From Geosiphon pyriformis uo1 (lineage: Eukaryota; Fungi; Glomeromycota): a stretch of DNA of 64,000 nt. The stretch is from assembly GCA_016748015.1 (NCBI GenBank), contig JAAOMT010000515.1, positions 392,665-456,664 on the forward strand, read 5' to 3'. Made by a program: the position numbers and the translations under genes. The notes below the pieces were generated by a model. It made no database searches. It was given only the letters and a program-made list of their open reading frames with translations, and had not been told where the DNA came from. Shown here one piece after another: positions 1-12,670 of the stretch. How positions within the stretch are numbered: position 1 is the first letter of the stretch; every line of letters starts with the position of its first letter.

Positions 1-290
1 CTAAAAAGATTTTACAATCGGAAACAAATCAATATATTAAACTAAATGTATTTTTGGTGAAACTTTTTATTATTTGTAATCTCTCGGATATGATTCATAG
101 AATGTTCCGATCATTTTAACTTCAAACAAATTGCCGAGTGATATTGCTTTTGTAATTCTGATTTGATTTTTACTAATAATTAAAATCGAATTTTTCTTAA
201 TTTCAAAAATAATGCAACCGATTGATTTTAAACCATTACCAAAAAATTTTTGTATCTTTAGACTTTTTAATTTTTCTGGTAGAACCTTCA

Positions 291-1772
291 ATGAATGAAA
301 AAGCTTTTCAATTTTTCATCTTACTAATTGTGATTACAATTTTCATTTCATATCTTTTCGAGAAATGGTTTCTTTCATCTCATGACACTACAGTACTTAA
401 GAAAAATTTTAACTTTAATAATAATAAATTAAACCATTCAAAACCTAATCTTATTTATTCAAGAAAAAATGAAACAAAAAGATCATCTTTCAATTTAGAG
501 TTGAAACCCGCATATCCGCCAAAAAAACTTTGGAAACCTGATATGACAACATACAAAACTTTACATCTTTTGGCTCATGTAGCTAATTTTCCTTATTGCT
601 TCAACAAGAATCTAAAAAAAATTAATGTTCCCAGAGATGATATAAAAGGTAAAATATTCTTCATTCTAAAGTAAGTTTCTATTTTCCGTTTACTTTAGAT
701 GAAAATAAAAAATTTCAAATTTAATTCATTTTCAGCTGGCCAATTTTTCGATAAAGAAACTTCAGAGCTTTTTGTATATTTCAAGGGAAAAGTGAGTGCG
801 ATCTGTTAAAATCCTCGAAAAATTTTAGTCTAATTCGATCAGGATATTTTTAGATTTTGACAAAATCGCAATGGATGAAAAGAAAAACAACCTTGGTTAA
901 CTTCAAAGTTGAAAATGTTGCAGAGAATGCGTTACTAAAAGTTGACGAAGAATGGTTTCAAGATTTTCAAGAAATTTGGCCCAAGATTTATGACGGAATT
1001 CTTGGAATTATATTTGGTGAAGGTGAAAAAAATGGGTTAAAAGCTATTTATTTCGTTGGACATGCTATTGGTGGTGGTAAGCTTTGCCTTTATTGTATAT
1101 ATTCAAATAAAAAAAACGTATAAGAATACAAGAAATTTTAATTTTTTGTTTTTTATCAAAATATTTTAGCCTACGCTACACTAGCAGCCTTATCTTGGAG
1201 ACTTAAAAGAGCCATAGAAAATGATTTAAAAACAAAAGAATTAGATTATCCTACCCAGCTTGTCACCTTTGGAGCTCCAAGGATTGGCAATGTTGTTTTT
1301 GCCAGGTTTTTAAATACATGGAGATCTAATTCTGATTTTCGAATGACCTCCGGAAATGATCATGTCCCCCATTTTCCTGCTACTATCAACGGACGTAATA
1401 TCTTAGCACACGCTGAAATTGAAATTTGGATTGATTCCGAGTCTAATAATTGCGAGTGTCCTGAAAAGCAGCCGGAATTTTTCAAGTGCCCTGGCATCTT
1501 TCCAAGGGTGAATAATAATAATAAAAAGTTTCGAAAATATGGACAAGATTTTTTATACCCTCCTGATGAAGTAAAATTTGGTGAAAATCAGGTTATTTAC
1601 AATTTTCAAGATTTGCAGTATTAATGAATACTGAAAAAATTCTAATGCACAATTCATGATTTTTGCTATGCAGGACTGCATTTTACAACAAAAACTTGAT
1701 GATATTTCCGAAACTTTCATTCATAGAGGTCCATATTTTAATATATTAATGGGTGATTGTGAGTTTTATTAA
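291..1772 (+). CDS. Lipase class 3 family (alpha/beta hydrolase) protein with N-terminal hydrophobic anchor; nucleophile Ser replaced (GHAIGG)
   Basis: Spliced model: 291-648, 736-791, 854-1076, 1170-1590, 1674-1772, all GT-AG. Motifs ELFVYFKG, IYFVGHAIGGAYATLAA, VTFGAPRIGN, NDHVPHFP, EIWI, HRGPYF are typical of Lipase_3. Confidence 0.85.
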
Positions 1773-2738
1773 AAGGTACCATTTTATAATCTTTAAAACT
1801 TATTAGGATTTTTTTAAACTACTGTCTTTTTATATATATAATTAAGTATTGTAAAATTTTTGAAACTTTAATAGTTTTAGTGAATTAAATTTCTGTTACT
1901 GTGAATTTTGCAGTATTTGTAGATAGGGAAAGATTACAACAATATTTTCAATTAGAGTATCTTTAAAAAGTTTTTTAATATCAAGCGATTAGACCCCAAA
2001 TTTTCATAATCAAGTTCTGTGATACCATACGTTAATTATTAAACCTCACTAAATTTGGATTTTCTAGTGAAAGTTGTGTAAAAGATTTACTGAGAAGTTT
2101 TCTCAAATTAAAAAACATTTCAATTTTTAAAATATACAATCTCAATAACAAATTTAATATAGCAATAAAGTAAAAAAACTTTTTAATATTTTTGAAAATG
2201 AAAATTTTTTCTTTCAATTCAACCTTCATTATTAGGAGTTTTAAACAAAGTTTCGTAAAGTATAATTGTTCAAAACTATTTTCGATTTCCAAAGAATCTC
2301 ATTATATTTATGAAAGTTAAATAATTATAACTTATTTTCTTGTGTTCTAATAACATTAAAATTTTAAGATATTTAATTCCTATTTTAAGTTTTGCTAATT
2401 ATTTTTTTTACTTTTGGTGAAATTCGGTATTGTAATTAATATTCAAGTAATATGTGATAACCTTGATATCAATAATATAATTATTTTAATATGATGCTTA
2501 AAATTATAAAGAGAATTTAAAACTTCATTTGGTAATTATTATTTTAGTTTTTTCTCTATAAATTACAACAAATTGCACACTTTTGTAAATTAATAAAATC
2601 AGTTCTTTTTTGATCTCTCCAATCACATTTATTAGGAAAAGAAAGTTACGTAACACAAAAATAATCAACAAACAAGAATAAACTATTAAAGTGACGATCG
2701 AAATAAAGTTTTTAAGTTTAAATATTATCCGAAACAAA

Positions 2739-3881
2739 ATGTTACCTGCTGCGGCTCAACTACAACGAAATATTTTATCATTTTGGTTTAAAGGTGACTT
2801 TGAAAACATAATTTTGCCTCTTAAAATTTTATATGAACAATATAAAAGAAAATTTTCATTTCTTTACGTCCTGAATCAAACTTTTTTGTTATCAATTTTA
2901 TCGGACTAAATCGATACGAACTTTCGAAGGATTCAATAATGGCTATCCATTTCCACAAAGCCTCTTGAAAACATGGTTTATGGGTGGTGATGCTGTCAAT
3001 AATTTTTGTCGAGAGAATTACTCTTCGGTTCTTGAGGAGATTCTTCAGAATAGAAATTATATGCAAGAATTGGGACATAATCCAGAAGTAAGTTAACAAG
3101 AAATGTTTGATTTATATATTATCAAGATATTTTAAGTTAAAGGCTTTAGGATTCAACATCAAAATATTTTTTCACTTTGATTGTTTTTCAAATAACAAAA
3201 TTTCTAGTTTAACTGAATATTTAATAAACTTTTATCATAAACACATAAAAATGCTATTAAAATTTAGAATTTTATATTTTCTAGGGAGCGCTAAGCTTAA
3301 TAATTTTATTAGACAAATTTTCAAGGCACATTTATCGCAAAAAACCAGATCCCTTTCGTGATTTCGATCCCTTAGCGCTTGAGACCGCTTTTAAAGTCGT
3401 GAATTTAAAATGGGATGAAAAGTTGAGCCCGGTGGAACGCACATTTTTTTACATGGTAAGATTTTTTATGAATATTCTAATCTAAAAAATTAAAAACGAA
3501 TAAAATTAAAGTTTGAAAAATTTTGATTTAACAAATTCTTATTAGCCTTTCGAGCACTCTGAGAATTTAAATCATCAATTATTGAGCGTAGTAAAAACAA
3601 AATTAAATATGGAAAGTTCACCTCAGGTCCAGTTATATATTTTAAAAAGTTTTTTTAAGAATTGAGATGATACCTTGAAAATTAAAGTTAATAAATTTTA
3701 TATATAAATTTTGTAGATTTATTACGGTCTTTTAAAGAATTGTCACGAATTTGCTCTCGAGCACAAAAAAATTATTGAAAGATTTGGTAGGTTTCCACAT
3801 CGTAATCTTTGTCTAGATCGTCAATCTACTCCCGAGGAAATTGAATATTTGAAAAATGGTGCGAATAGATATGGACAATGA
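2739..3881 (+). CDS. DUF924 family protein (multi-exon)
   Basis: Manually joined exons give MLPAAAQLQRNILSFWFK...TWFMGG...GALSLIILLDKFSRHIYR...ERTFFYMPFEHSENLNHQ...HKKIIERFGRFPHRNLCLDRQSTPEEIEYL, which contains the DUF924 signature motifs. Missed by the ORF track because of introns. Confidence 0.85.
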
Positions 3882-4074
3882 AAGAATTTGAAATTTAGTT
3901 CAAAAAGCTTTTCTATTATTTTTCTAATAAAGCTTCTTTATTTGCATTTCAATTCAACCTAACGTTAAACCTTTGAATTTCAAAAACCATATTGAGATCT
4001 TTTAATTTATATACAACTTTTAAATTTTATTCTCAAGATTTTTCTGTGAAACTTTTTATTTTTATTGATTTAAC

Positions 4075-4075
<1 letters not shown>

Positions 4076-4118
<43 letters not shown>
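4076..4118. repeat. (AAT)n microsatellite
   Basis: About 14 perfect AAT units. Confidence 0.9.
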
Positions 4119-5258
4119 TGAAGATGGTTGAAAAGTCTGTGCCCAAAATGAAGGAAAAATTTTCTTTGCAAGATCCAAATAAATTTTCATTGGTCGTACT
4201 TTTAGAATAAGCGTGACCAATTTTTTATTAAGGGAAATTTCTAAACTTTAATTTTCGGTTTATCATTAAACCTTATATTATAAAGAAAACGCAAAAATCA
4301 GTTTGGAATTTTTTTTTTGAATTAAAAGTAAATCTGGCTTTCGAATTTACAAAATTATGACCAAAAAACACATATTGAGCTTAAAGATAAAATTAGTCTC
4401 AAAGGAAAGTATTTTAAATTTACACAATTTTAACAGATTGAATGAAAATAAATTTAAATTTCTAGTTTTTTTTAACTTGCTAAAATTATATATCCTAAGA
4501 AAGTTATAATCCAAACTAATTCTTTTATAAACCTTTTGAAAAATTAAAGAACCATCTATTATGAAATTTCAAAATAATACTAAAGTCAAACATGTGAATA
4601 GTGAATAAATACTTTTGTTGTGCGATTTTAAACTGCAGACTTTTTCTAATATGATTTGTAAATTATTTTCACAGTTGCAAAATTAAGCTTTATTAAAAAA
4701 ACTCATTTGAGTATATTTTAGATTTTCCCAAAGTTTTTGTCTATAAAAGCCAATTTTTCGAATTAATGCACAATACTTCTGTGACGGAATTCTAAATTAA
4801 TTCAAATTATCATATCGTATGTTCTAACATTTTGAAATTAGATGAGAGCTGAAAATATAGTTTCATAAAGAGAGCCCAATAGGGATGAAGTATCGCTCAA
4901 TTTCTAATCCTCATGTTAATAATTTACATAATTGTACTACCTGCATTTTGCATTTCATTGGGATATTTTTGCAATCGGTCAATCCTCTCAAAGTTGTTTT
5001 CAATATTTAACTTTTTGATGTTGTGCAAAATAATTAATTTCATGATCAAAATAACCAATAATTTTTAAGGGCTATAATAATATTGAGTCGACAATTAAAA
5101 TAGCTAAATAATATCCTGACGACCAATAATTTAGTTTGGTCTTTCAATATATGTATATGTATATATATATACAAGGCTTACATCTTTAAACGTTTGACTG
5201 TTCACCGTGCTTTTTTTACTTAAAAATTGTTTCTGAGATAAACAATCAAAATTTTAAT

Positions 5259-6113
5259 ATGATCGATCCTACAATCTCAACCTCAACCTCAACCTCAATC
5301 TCAACCTCACCCCCACCCATAGAATCATTAAATAATTTAAAAATTTTAAATCTCGAAGAATATTTACCCAATAAAATACGTGGTCATCATATTCTTGGTA
5401 AGCTATTAGCTTTTCTAAATACTTTTGCTTTTCTTTAAAAGAAATTCGAAACGTTTACAAACACCTAATAAAACTATTATTGTAAAAAACTTTTAGTTTT
5501 AGGAGCAACTGGTCGTTTAGGGCGTCATGTCGTTCGACAAGCCCTCGAAGCTTCATACCGCGTAACTGCATTAGTACGAAATGACCATAGACTTCCATTC
5601 ACACGACAACAACTCCAAAATCCAAACTTAGTTGTATTCCTGGGCTGTGTCTTATCCCCTACTGATTTGGATAAAGTTATCGAAGATAAGGATGCAGTAA
5701 TAAATTGTTTATCACCAAGAAGGTTATGGAACCGAAACGTTGATCTAAATTCCCGAGTTCAGAGTTTGATTAATGATAGTATGTTGAGGCTAGGAGTAAA
5801 ACGATTAATTATTGTTCGATGTCACGGCACTAGGACAGTTAAGAGTATTTTAACAAGATTATTTGCTAGTAAATTTCACAAGGATAAAGTAATCCAAGAG
5901 AAATTAATTAGAGATAACTCTGAACATTTGGATTGGACAATAATACATGTAGGAAGTTTAAGTAATGAAAAATTGACAAAACGATATTTGCTAAACCGTG
6001 ATGAAGTTTCATCAAAAAAAATTTCAAGAGCAAATGTGGCACATTTTATTTTACAAGAAATTAGGACTGGAATTTTTGTTAAACGAACTCCATTAATAGA
6101 CGGTGAAACTTGA
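5259..6113 (+). CDS. NAD(P)-binding Rossmann protein, flavin reductase/BLVRB-like atypical SDR (copy A)
   Basis: Exon 1 5259-5397, intron 5398-5496, exon 2 5497-6113. HILVLGATGRLGRHVVRQALEASYRVTALVRN (GxxGxxG), DAVINCL, LDWTII, ISRANVAHFIL. Confidence 0.88.
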
Positions 6114-7791
6114 GAAAAAACTTGTAGAAAAATTAATTTAATAATCTTCATAAGATAATGATAGAAATGAAAAAAAGGTGTTCAAATTCATTTAATTTCT
6201 AGTAGTCAATTTTAAAAGTAACCAAATTAAACTTAATAAATTTCTTTTAATTTTATTATAGTGGAAAAGGTTATAACTATTTGAATTATGAAATTGAAAT
6301 TTTTTCATCATCAAAGGTTTAAAATGTTATTCCCAATAAATTTCAAAATTTTATTGGGAATAATTTCTCGTTAAATATCATAAACTAGGTCGAAATAGAT
6401 TTTAGGTTTGACAAGTTTAATTTTTTGATTTTATTCAGTATCTCGTATTATTTTTTTAGTAAAATTATATATCTCTGGCATAATTTTGTTAATGAGCACG
6501 CTATATTCGAATTCACTCAAAGTTATACATATTATTCTCATGATGATAAGAGGTATTTAATTTATAGTTAATTCATGTCATAACAAGAAAGGTGCGGATT
6601 GCGAAATTTATCAATATTTAATGAAACAGTATATTAGGTAGGGATAAGAAATGTAGGTATGAAATTTTTATTTGTTATAAAATCAACATTTCTTTAAAAT
6701 AAAATTTTGCTTTTAAGTACCTACCACACATATCTAAAACTTTTTTCTTTACTCGATTTGCTTCTTTAAATATTAAACTTTTAAAAAAGAGAGATAACTA
6801 CTCATCATTCTAGATTAAATGACAAATTCAAGGAACTCTTGGTGTAAAATATATTGTATTACCTCTTTCAATCTACCGCTTTAAGGCAGAGAAAAATGCA
6901 TGTATTTATTTTTAATACATTTATCTGGTTTATATTTTTAATACATTTATCTAGTTTATATTTTTATAACTTTTTTTGAAATTTGGATTTTTAATAACGC
7001 TAACTTGATTCAGTAGCAAAAGGTTTAGTGATGGTTTTACGGTGTAAAATCTATTTATTACTTCAATAGTGATACCCTTACTCATGATGATAAATCAAAG
7101 AATTTGCATCAGATTAAATGAAAAATTTTAAAAAAATGCATTAGATTCCCAAAATATATATATTTAACCAAAGTCGGAGTTAACCGAAGTCGGAGTATTT
7201 TAGACCCTTTTCAAATAGCGACTCCTTATTAATAAGCACATATTTATTAATAATAATAATAATAAAAACGTTTAAGAAAAAAGGAGCTCAAAAGTTATTG
7301 ACAGAAAACCTGAAAATTGTTGCTTTCAACCTCTAATTTTTTAATATCTTGGGATGCAAATTTTCGCATATTTTAAATTCGTGCCAATGTGTGATCTTTG
7401 TCATATTTTTACGTAAAAAATAATTGAAAAATCGAAAATCTTTAATTTTGAGTAACCACATGTTAATTTCAATCGATTGCAGCAGTAATATAAAATCGAT
7501 CTTTGAATTAGGATACCTTTCGATCAAAATGTAACGAAAATTATGGTTTATGAAATGGGGTTTTATCCATTCAAACTTGCTGATTGTTCTTTGAAAATTA
7601 AAGGTTTAATTTACAATCTAAAATCTGATTTTAATAAGAAAATACCTTGAAATATTTGATATATATATCTATATATATATATATATATATCAGTGTATTT
7701 GATATGTAAAACTCCAAAAAGATGGTTTTTATTGTAAATGCCATTCATAAACCCACATTTTTAAAGATATTTTAAATTTAGCTCGCTCAAT

Positions 7792-7841
<50 letters not shown>

Positions 7842-7848
7842 TAATAAT
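7792..7848. repeat. (AAT)n microsatellite
   Basis: About 16 AAT units with a degenerate end. Confidence 0.9.
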
Positions 7849-8594
7849 CTCTTTTTTAATTACATTTATCACATTTTGAAATTCGTAAACTCATTTATTT
7901 TTTGTATTTTTGTTTCAAACTAGAATTAAAGGGGAAATTAGTTTTCTCACCATTTATTTTGTTCAAATAATAGCTTTTGATTTTTTTAGTTTCATAATTT
8001 TTAATTTCTTTTATTCTTTAAATAAATATTCTCTAAAATGATTAACATAAACATATTCATTAAATAATTTAAAATTATGGAAAACATATTTTTGAAAAAG
8101 CTTATATCATTAATTTGTCCTTTTTCAAAAGTTTATGATAATTATGATCAAATAAAATATTTATATTTTGAAATTTTATGTAAATGATATTACAATTTAA
8201 TGGTTAGGCAAATTCTGGAATAACTTTTTAAATTTGAATTTGCTAAAGAGCAAAAAATTTAGTTATCCAATTTCAATCAAATTTGAAACTTTGGCTGATT
8301 GATAAACCGCAATACTTTTCTTTATCGACTTTTTTTGTATTTTATAAATATAAAACTTTGATAAGTATAACCTAATATTCTAATTAAATGTTTAAAGGTT
8401 TGATCTTTATATCAAAAAATACTCAAGGAAGCTGTGTTTCAATTAAAAATAATGAAAATGTCAGAATACTCAATAAGTATTTGAAAAGTAATTTTCTACC
8501 TGCAATTCAACACTTTATAAAATTTTTCCCAATCAGAGAATCATCCCTTTTAGGAAAATTTTCAAGTTCTAGTTAGAGGTTAATTTCATGAGAA

Positions 8595-9720
8595 TTATTG
8601 GCGATAGTTTTCAATAATATTGACTAGCCTAAATTCAATAAAATATCAATTAAATGTAAAGAAAAAATACAATTTCAAAATAAAAAGCATAATTTAGATA
8701 TATTATACCAATCCAATCCTTCCATCAACCCATCTCCTCTGATAGCACTCGTTTTCCAAATTGTCCATTGTCGACTTTTTAAAGTGTCTAACCTTAATGC
8801 ATCAGATACTTCTGTGACACTCATTGCTCCCTCCATATCTTGTTTATTAGCAAATACTAATAATGTGGCATCTCGTAATTCTTCTTCCTCAAGCATGGAA
8901 TGAAGTTCTTCACGTGCCGTAGCAAATCGATGATTGTCGACAGAATCAACCACATAAATCACAGCATCCGTATTAGCATAATAACATCGCCAGTATGGTC
9001 TAGAATTAAAATGAAATTTCATTGAAACAATATTCAATTAAGTATACTCTAGAATCAAGAAATAGTAAGATAAAATTCATGAAAATTTTGGGCACCTTAT
9101 AATTGTCTGCCCTTTGAAGAAAATCCCAAAGGAACAACCACAGTCATTAATATTCATGAATCAAATTTTAAAAACATGATATTTTATACTCACCTCCCAA
9201 GTCCCAGACTATTCAGAATCAAAAAATACAAAGTTAAATTACTTATCTTTAATTAATAAAATAAAATCTTGAAAGTTAATTGTTTACCTTGAAATTTAAT
9301 ATTTTTATATGTTACCGTCTCAACATTGAATCCGATAGCTGAAAATTTGTGAAATAAATAAAATTGAATAAGAAATCGATAAGTCATAAGAATTTGTAAA
9401 ATATTCAAAACAATTGAGTTGCTTACTGGGGACGGTTGATACGACCTCACCAATCTAGTAATTTAAAATTTATAATTTACAGCTTCAATTAAAATAATTG
9501 AGAATAAACTTTCAAATTTTACCTGAAACCGATAAAGAATCGTCGTTTTACCAGCCCCATCTAATCCTAAAATTAAGATTCGCACTTCTTTCTCACCCCA
9601 TAATCGTCCAAGTGCTCGACTAAATATACCACCTTTTAACATGAATACGTCAACATATTGGGTGTGAAAAAAAGCAGAGTTTCAATATATATATAACGTA
9701 ATAAAAATTTGCTGACCCAT
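8595..9720 (-). CDS. ARL1: ADP-ribosylation factor-like GTPase Arl1
   Basis: Eight exons reconstruct [94 protein letters not shown]...FANKQD...[21 protein letters not shown] and RPYWRCYY are Arl1-diagnostic. Confidence 0.93.
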
Positions 9721-10249
9721 TGTGCAACTCTAAGCTAGGGCTTTCCTAAATATTTTTGAAAGCTGAAAATGATTTTCCAGAATATTAAGAGATTGATTTT
9801 TTCAAAAGGGCTGAGTAACAGCGGTGTTCACCTTTTAAATAATGTATCATCCTCGTGATCTCCTATCATATGCAAATTGACTCAACTGACTGTGGCAATA
9901 AGATAAAACATTTGAAATACACAATTGGGTTGTATCATATCAAATAAAAGACTTTTTCTTTATTTTGAAAAAAGTTTTGTTAGATTACATATTTGCAATG
10001 CTAAAATTTGGAGAATTAAATTTTCATGTATTTGAAATTGCTAGACAAATTTATCAATGTTTCATAATAACTGAAAAAAGATAAATACATGATGTGATTT
10101 TTTAATGCCTGTCTTTAATTAAATATTTAAAATCAAAAAGATGTAGTCTAAAATAAAAATTACATTATCTACATTCAAGTTTTACATTTTTTTTGCCAGG
10201 CAACAATATTTCGAGAAAAAGAAATCATCTAAAAGTAGCATTAGAATAT

Positions 10250-10855
10250 TTACCACCAACCATTAAAGTTTCCGTTATTGTTGCCATTTAGATTACCAAT
10301 ATTTCCATTACCATTACCATTGCCGTTGCCACCATAACCATAATAAATTGGGTTATAAGCTGTAACTGTAGCGACGGTGGTAGGCCCAGCGACAGTTGAA
10401 GTTACGGTGGTGGTGACACCAGGTATGTAAACTGTTGAGGTTGAGACAACAGTTGGTCCTGGAACGGTGACAGTGCTAGTTACTAGAGTAACTGGAAGAG
10501 TGGTGTAGACAGTGGAAGTGACAGGAGCTGGAGTAACAACGGAGGTTACAGTTATAGTTGGTTTTGGGGCAACTACTGTGACTGTGGTTGTAGTGTCAGC
10601 ACCTTGTTGAGTAACGGTAACTGTTTTGACCGGAGTTGGGGCAACGACAGTCACATATGATGTGACCGGAGGTGGATAAACAGTTACAACCGAGTAGTAT
10701 GGGTAACCACCATTATTGTTTCCGTTATTATTGCCATTTCCATTACCAATATTTCCATTTCCGTTACCATTTCCATTATTACTTGCACCAATCCACTGTG
10801 GGTTTGAAGCGACAAGAAGGGCATTAAGAAGAAAAACAAGAATAGAAGAGCGCAT
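10250..10855 (-). CDS. Secreted Thr/Val/Pro-rich protein flanked by two Gly-Asn repeat blocks (201 aa; likely cell-wall/extracellular)
   Basis: Intronless, GC-elevated ORF. ATG at 10855 begins a signal-peptide-like MRSSILVFLLNALLVAS; the upstream TTG start in the ORF track is unlikely in a eukaryote. Confidence 0.8.
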   Translation of the reverse strand: MRSSILVFLLNALLVASNPQWIGASNNGNGNGNGNIGNGNGNNNGNNNGGYPYYSVVTVYPPPVTSYVTVVAPTPVKTVTVTQQGADTTTTVTVVAPKPTITVTSVVTPAPVTSTVYTTLPVTLVTSTVTVPGPTVVSTSTVYIPGVTTTVTSTVAGPTTVATVTAYNPIYYGYGGNGNGNGNGNIGNLNGNNNGNFNGWW

Positions 10856-11376
10856 GATTATAAATTTCTCGTAAGAGTTTTCAAAAGAAAAAAATGGTTT
10901 TTTCTTGGATTCCAAATGAAAAATAAAACAAAAGGTGTCTTTTGTTGTTGTTGTTGTTGTTGTTAATGAGACGTCTTGAGTGATTCAGAACAAATTGGAA
11001 TGGGGAAAAAAGCAAGTTCATTATTGTCTCTTTTTATACTTCTTTTGGTTGTTCAAAAAAACTTTGTTCAAAAAACCTAATATTCTTACTTAGCCATTCA
11101 CCAAAAAACATTTATACCGTGGGCTTTGCTATGATTTCTTTCCAAATCAATCTTCTGACTCCGAAAATAGATTTTTTTTTTAATTTTTCCACTAGAATTT
11201 TACACTTGGAAACTTGATTATTTCACAAATTTGAAAAATTTTACCACACATCCTAACTATAAAATGTGTGGTGTTAGTATTTCTGATCGTTAAACCGAAA
11301 CATCAGCAGGAGGAACAACAGATCTGTGCATAGGATCAACACGTCTTTGGCAGTAATACGTTGGCTTTGAAATTTT

Positions 11377-11413
11377 TTCTACCATTTTGAGAATGATTCT
11401 CAAAATGGTAGAA
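11377..11413. repeat. Perfect 18-bp inverted repeat with 1-nt spacer
   Basis: TTCTACCATTTTGAGAAT-G-ATTCTCAAAATGGTAGAA. Confidence 0.9.
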
Positions 11414-12670
11414 CTTACCTGTTTCGCTCATTCCGCAAAAAATAAATTCAATTTTTCTCTAAAAAGATCTCATAAAGTGAAATAATGACGAGCTTGTAGA
11501 TCATTATTCTCGCTTAATTCCCGTTTGATCTGTTCGCATTTCCCCGTTAAGCCTATTTTTTGAAATGAAGCCTTTAGGTTTGGTATTTTTCTAGAATGAA
11601 ATAATTTCAATTAAAACACAGCCCAACTCCTAAACAATCAAAGATGATTAGCATAAGTGATCATTGATTGATCAGGAGTTACAAAAATATTTAAGCGGTA
11701 TTTTTGAATTGGGTAATTACCACTTTCTTTTTTTGAATACGCCAAACTGAAAATGGTTTCGAATTCTAAAAACAAATTAATGCAAGGGAAGGTGTCCCCG
11801 GAAATTTCGTGTCTAATAAAACTCTACTAACTATTTGAGTATATAGATTGTTTGATATGCTCACTTCAACAATTTAAGAAATTCAATATATTATGGCTTA
11901 AAATTCCTTACACATCGCATTACATGAATGGTCTTTACCTTAAAAAGCTATATAGGATTAACGATCCAAATTCAAAACTGCAAAAATTTAGATTGCATAT
12001 ATAACTAGTCATAAAAGTGATTAGAGAGGGGTGTTGTATGTGTTTATTTTTACATGTGAACGCATTAAAAGGTCTGCACTACTGTAAATTATCCAAGCCG
12101 CAAGAACTTTATTCTTTCTGTCAAACGTTTCAAAATGGCTGAATTGTCTTTTTGCCTGATTTCGATGATACGAAATTTTTTTTTCTTGACTTGATCGAGT
12201 TTTGGTTATGTGGTTAAAATTAAAGTGTACATTTATTTAGTGATGGGTTCACACATTGAGCCCAAATTATTTTTATTACGATTCCGTTGAGCCGAATTTG
12301 AAAACGAGCAATTTGTCCATATTTTCTTGTAGCAATCTTTTTTTAGCAATATCAGGTGATTTATTATTAAAAAAATTCTTTGAAAGTAAAAATTTTCCTT
12401 AAACTCGACAAAATTTTGATATCAAATTCTCTCATGGCTGAAAACCTAAAAGAAACCTTTGAACAAATTTGAAAAAGTTTAAATAAAAATAGCGATTGTC
12501 AAAATATGATTAATGAATAAATATGTAGTCAACGTTATGTACAATGATGAACAATGTTTTTGCACAACCCACGTTGAAAAAAATGATTTTTCATTAAGGA
12601 AAGCTTAATATATGGAAGTTGGATTCATGATTATTGCTTAAATGAAAATCAGACGCAGTAAATTGGAGCA

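Noticed and set aside
2032-3361. Short F/I/K/L/N-rich ORFs here and elsewhere (e.g. 17414, 20423, 22661-23689, 27807, 62046)
   Set aside because: Composition is that expected from random AT-rich DNA, introns or TE relics, and many begin at non-ATG codons.
6903-7197. Two short tandem duplications (~29 bp and 16 bp)
   Set aside because: Two-copy slippage-type duplications with no evidence of function.
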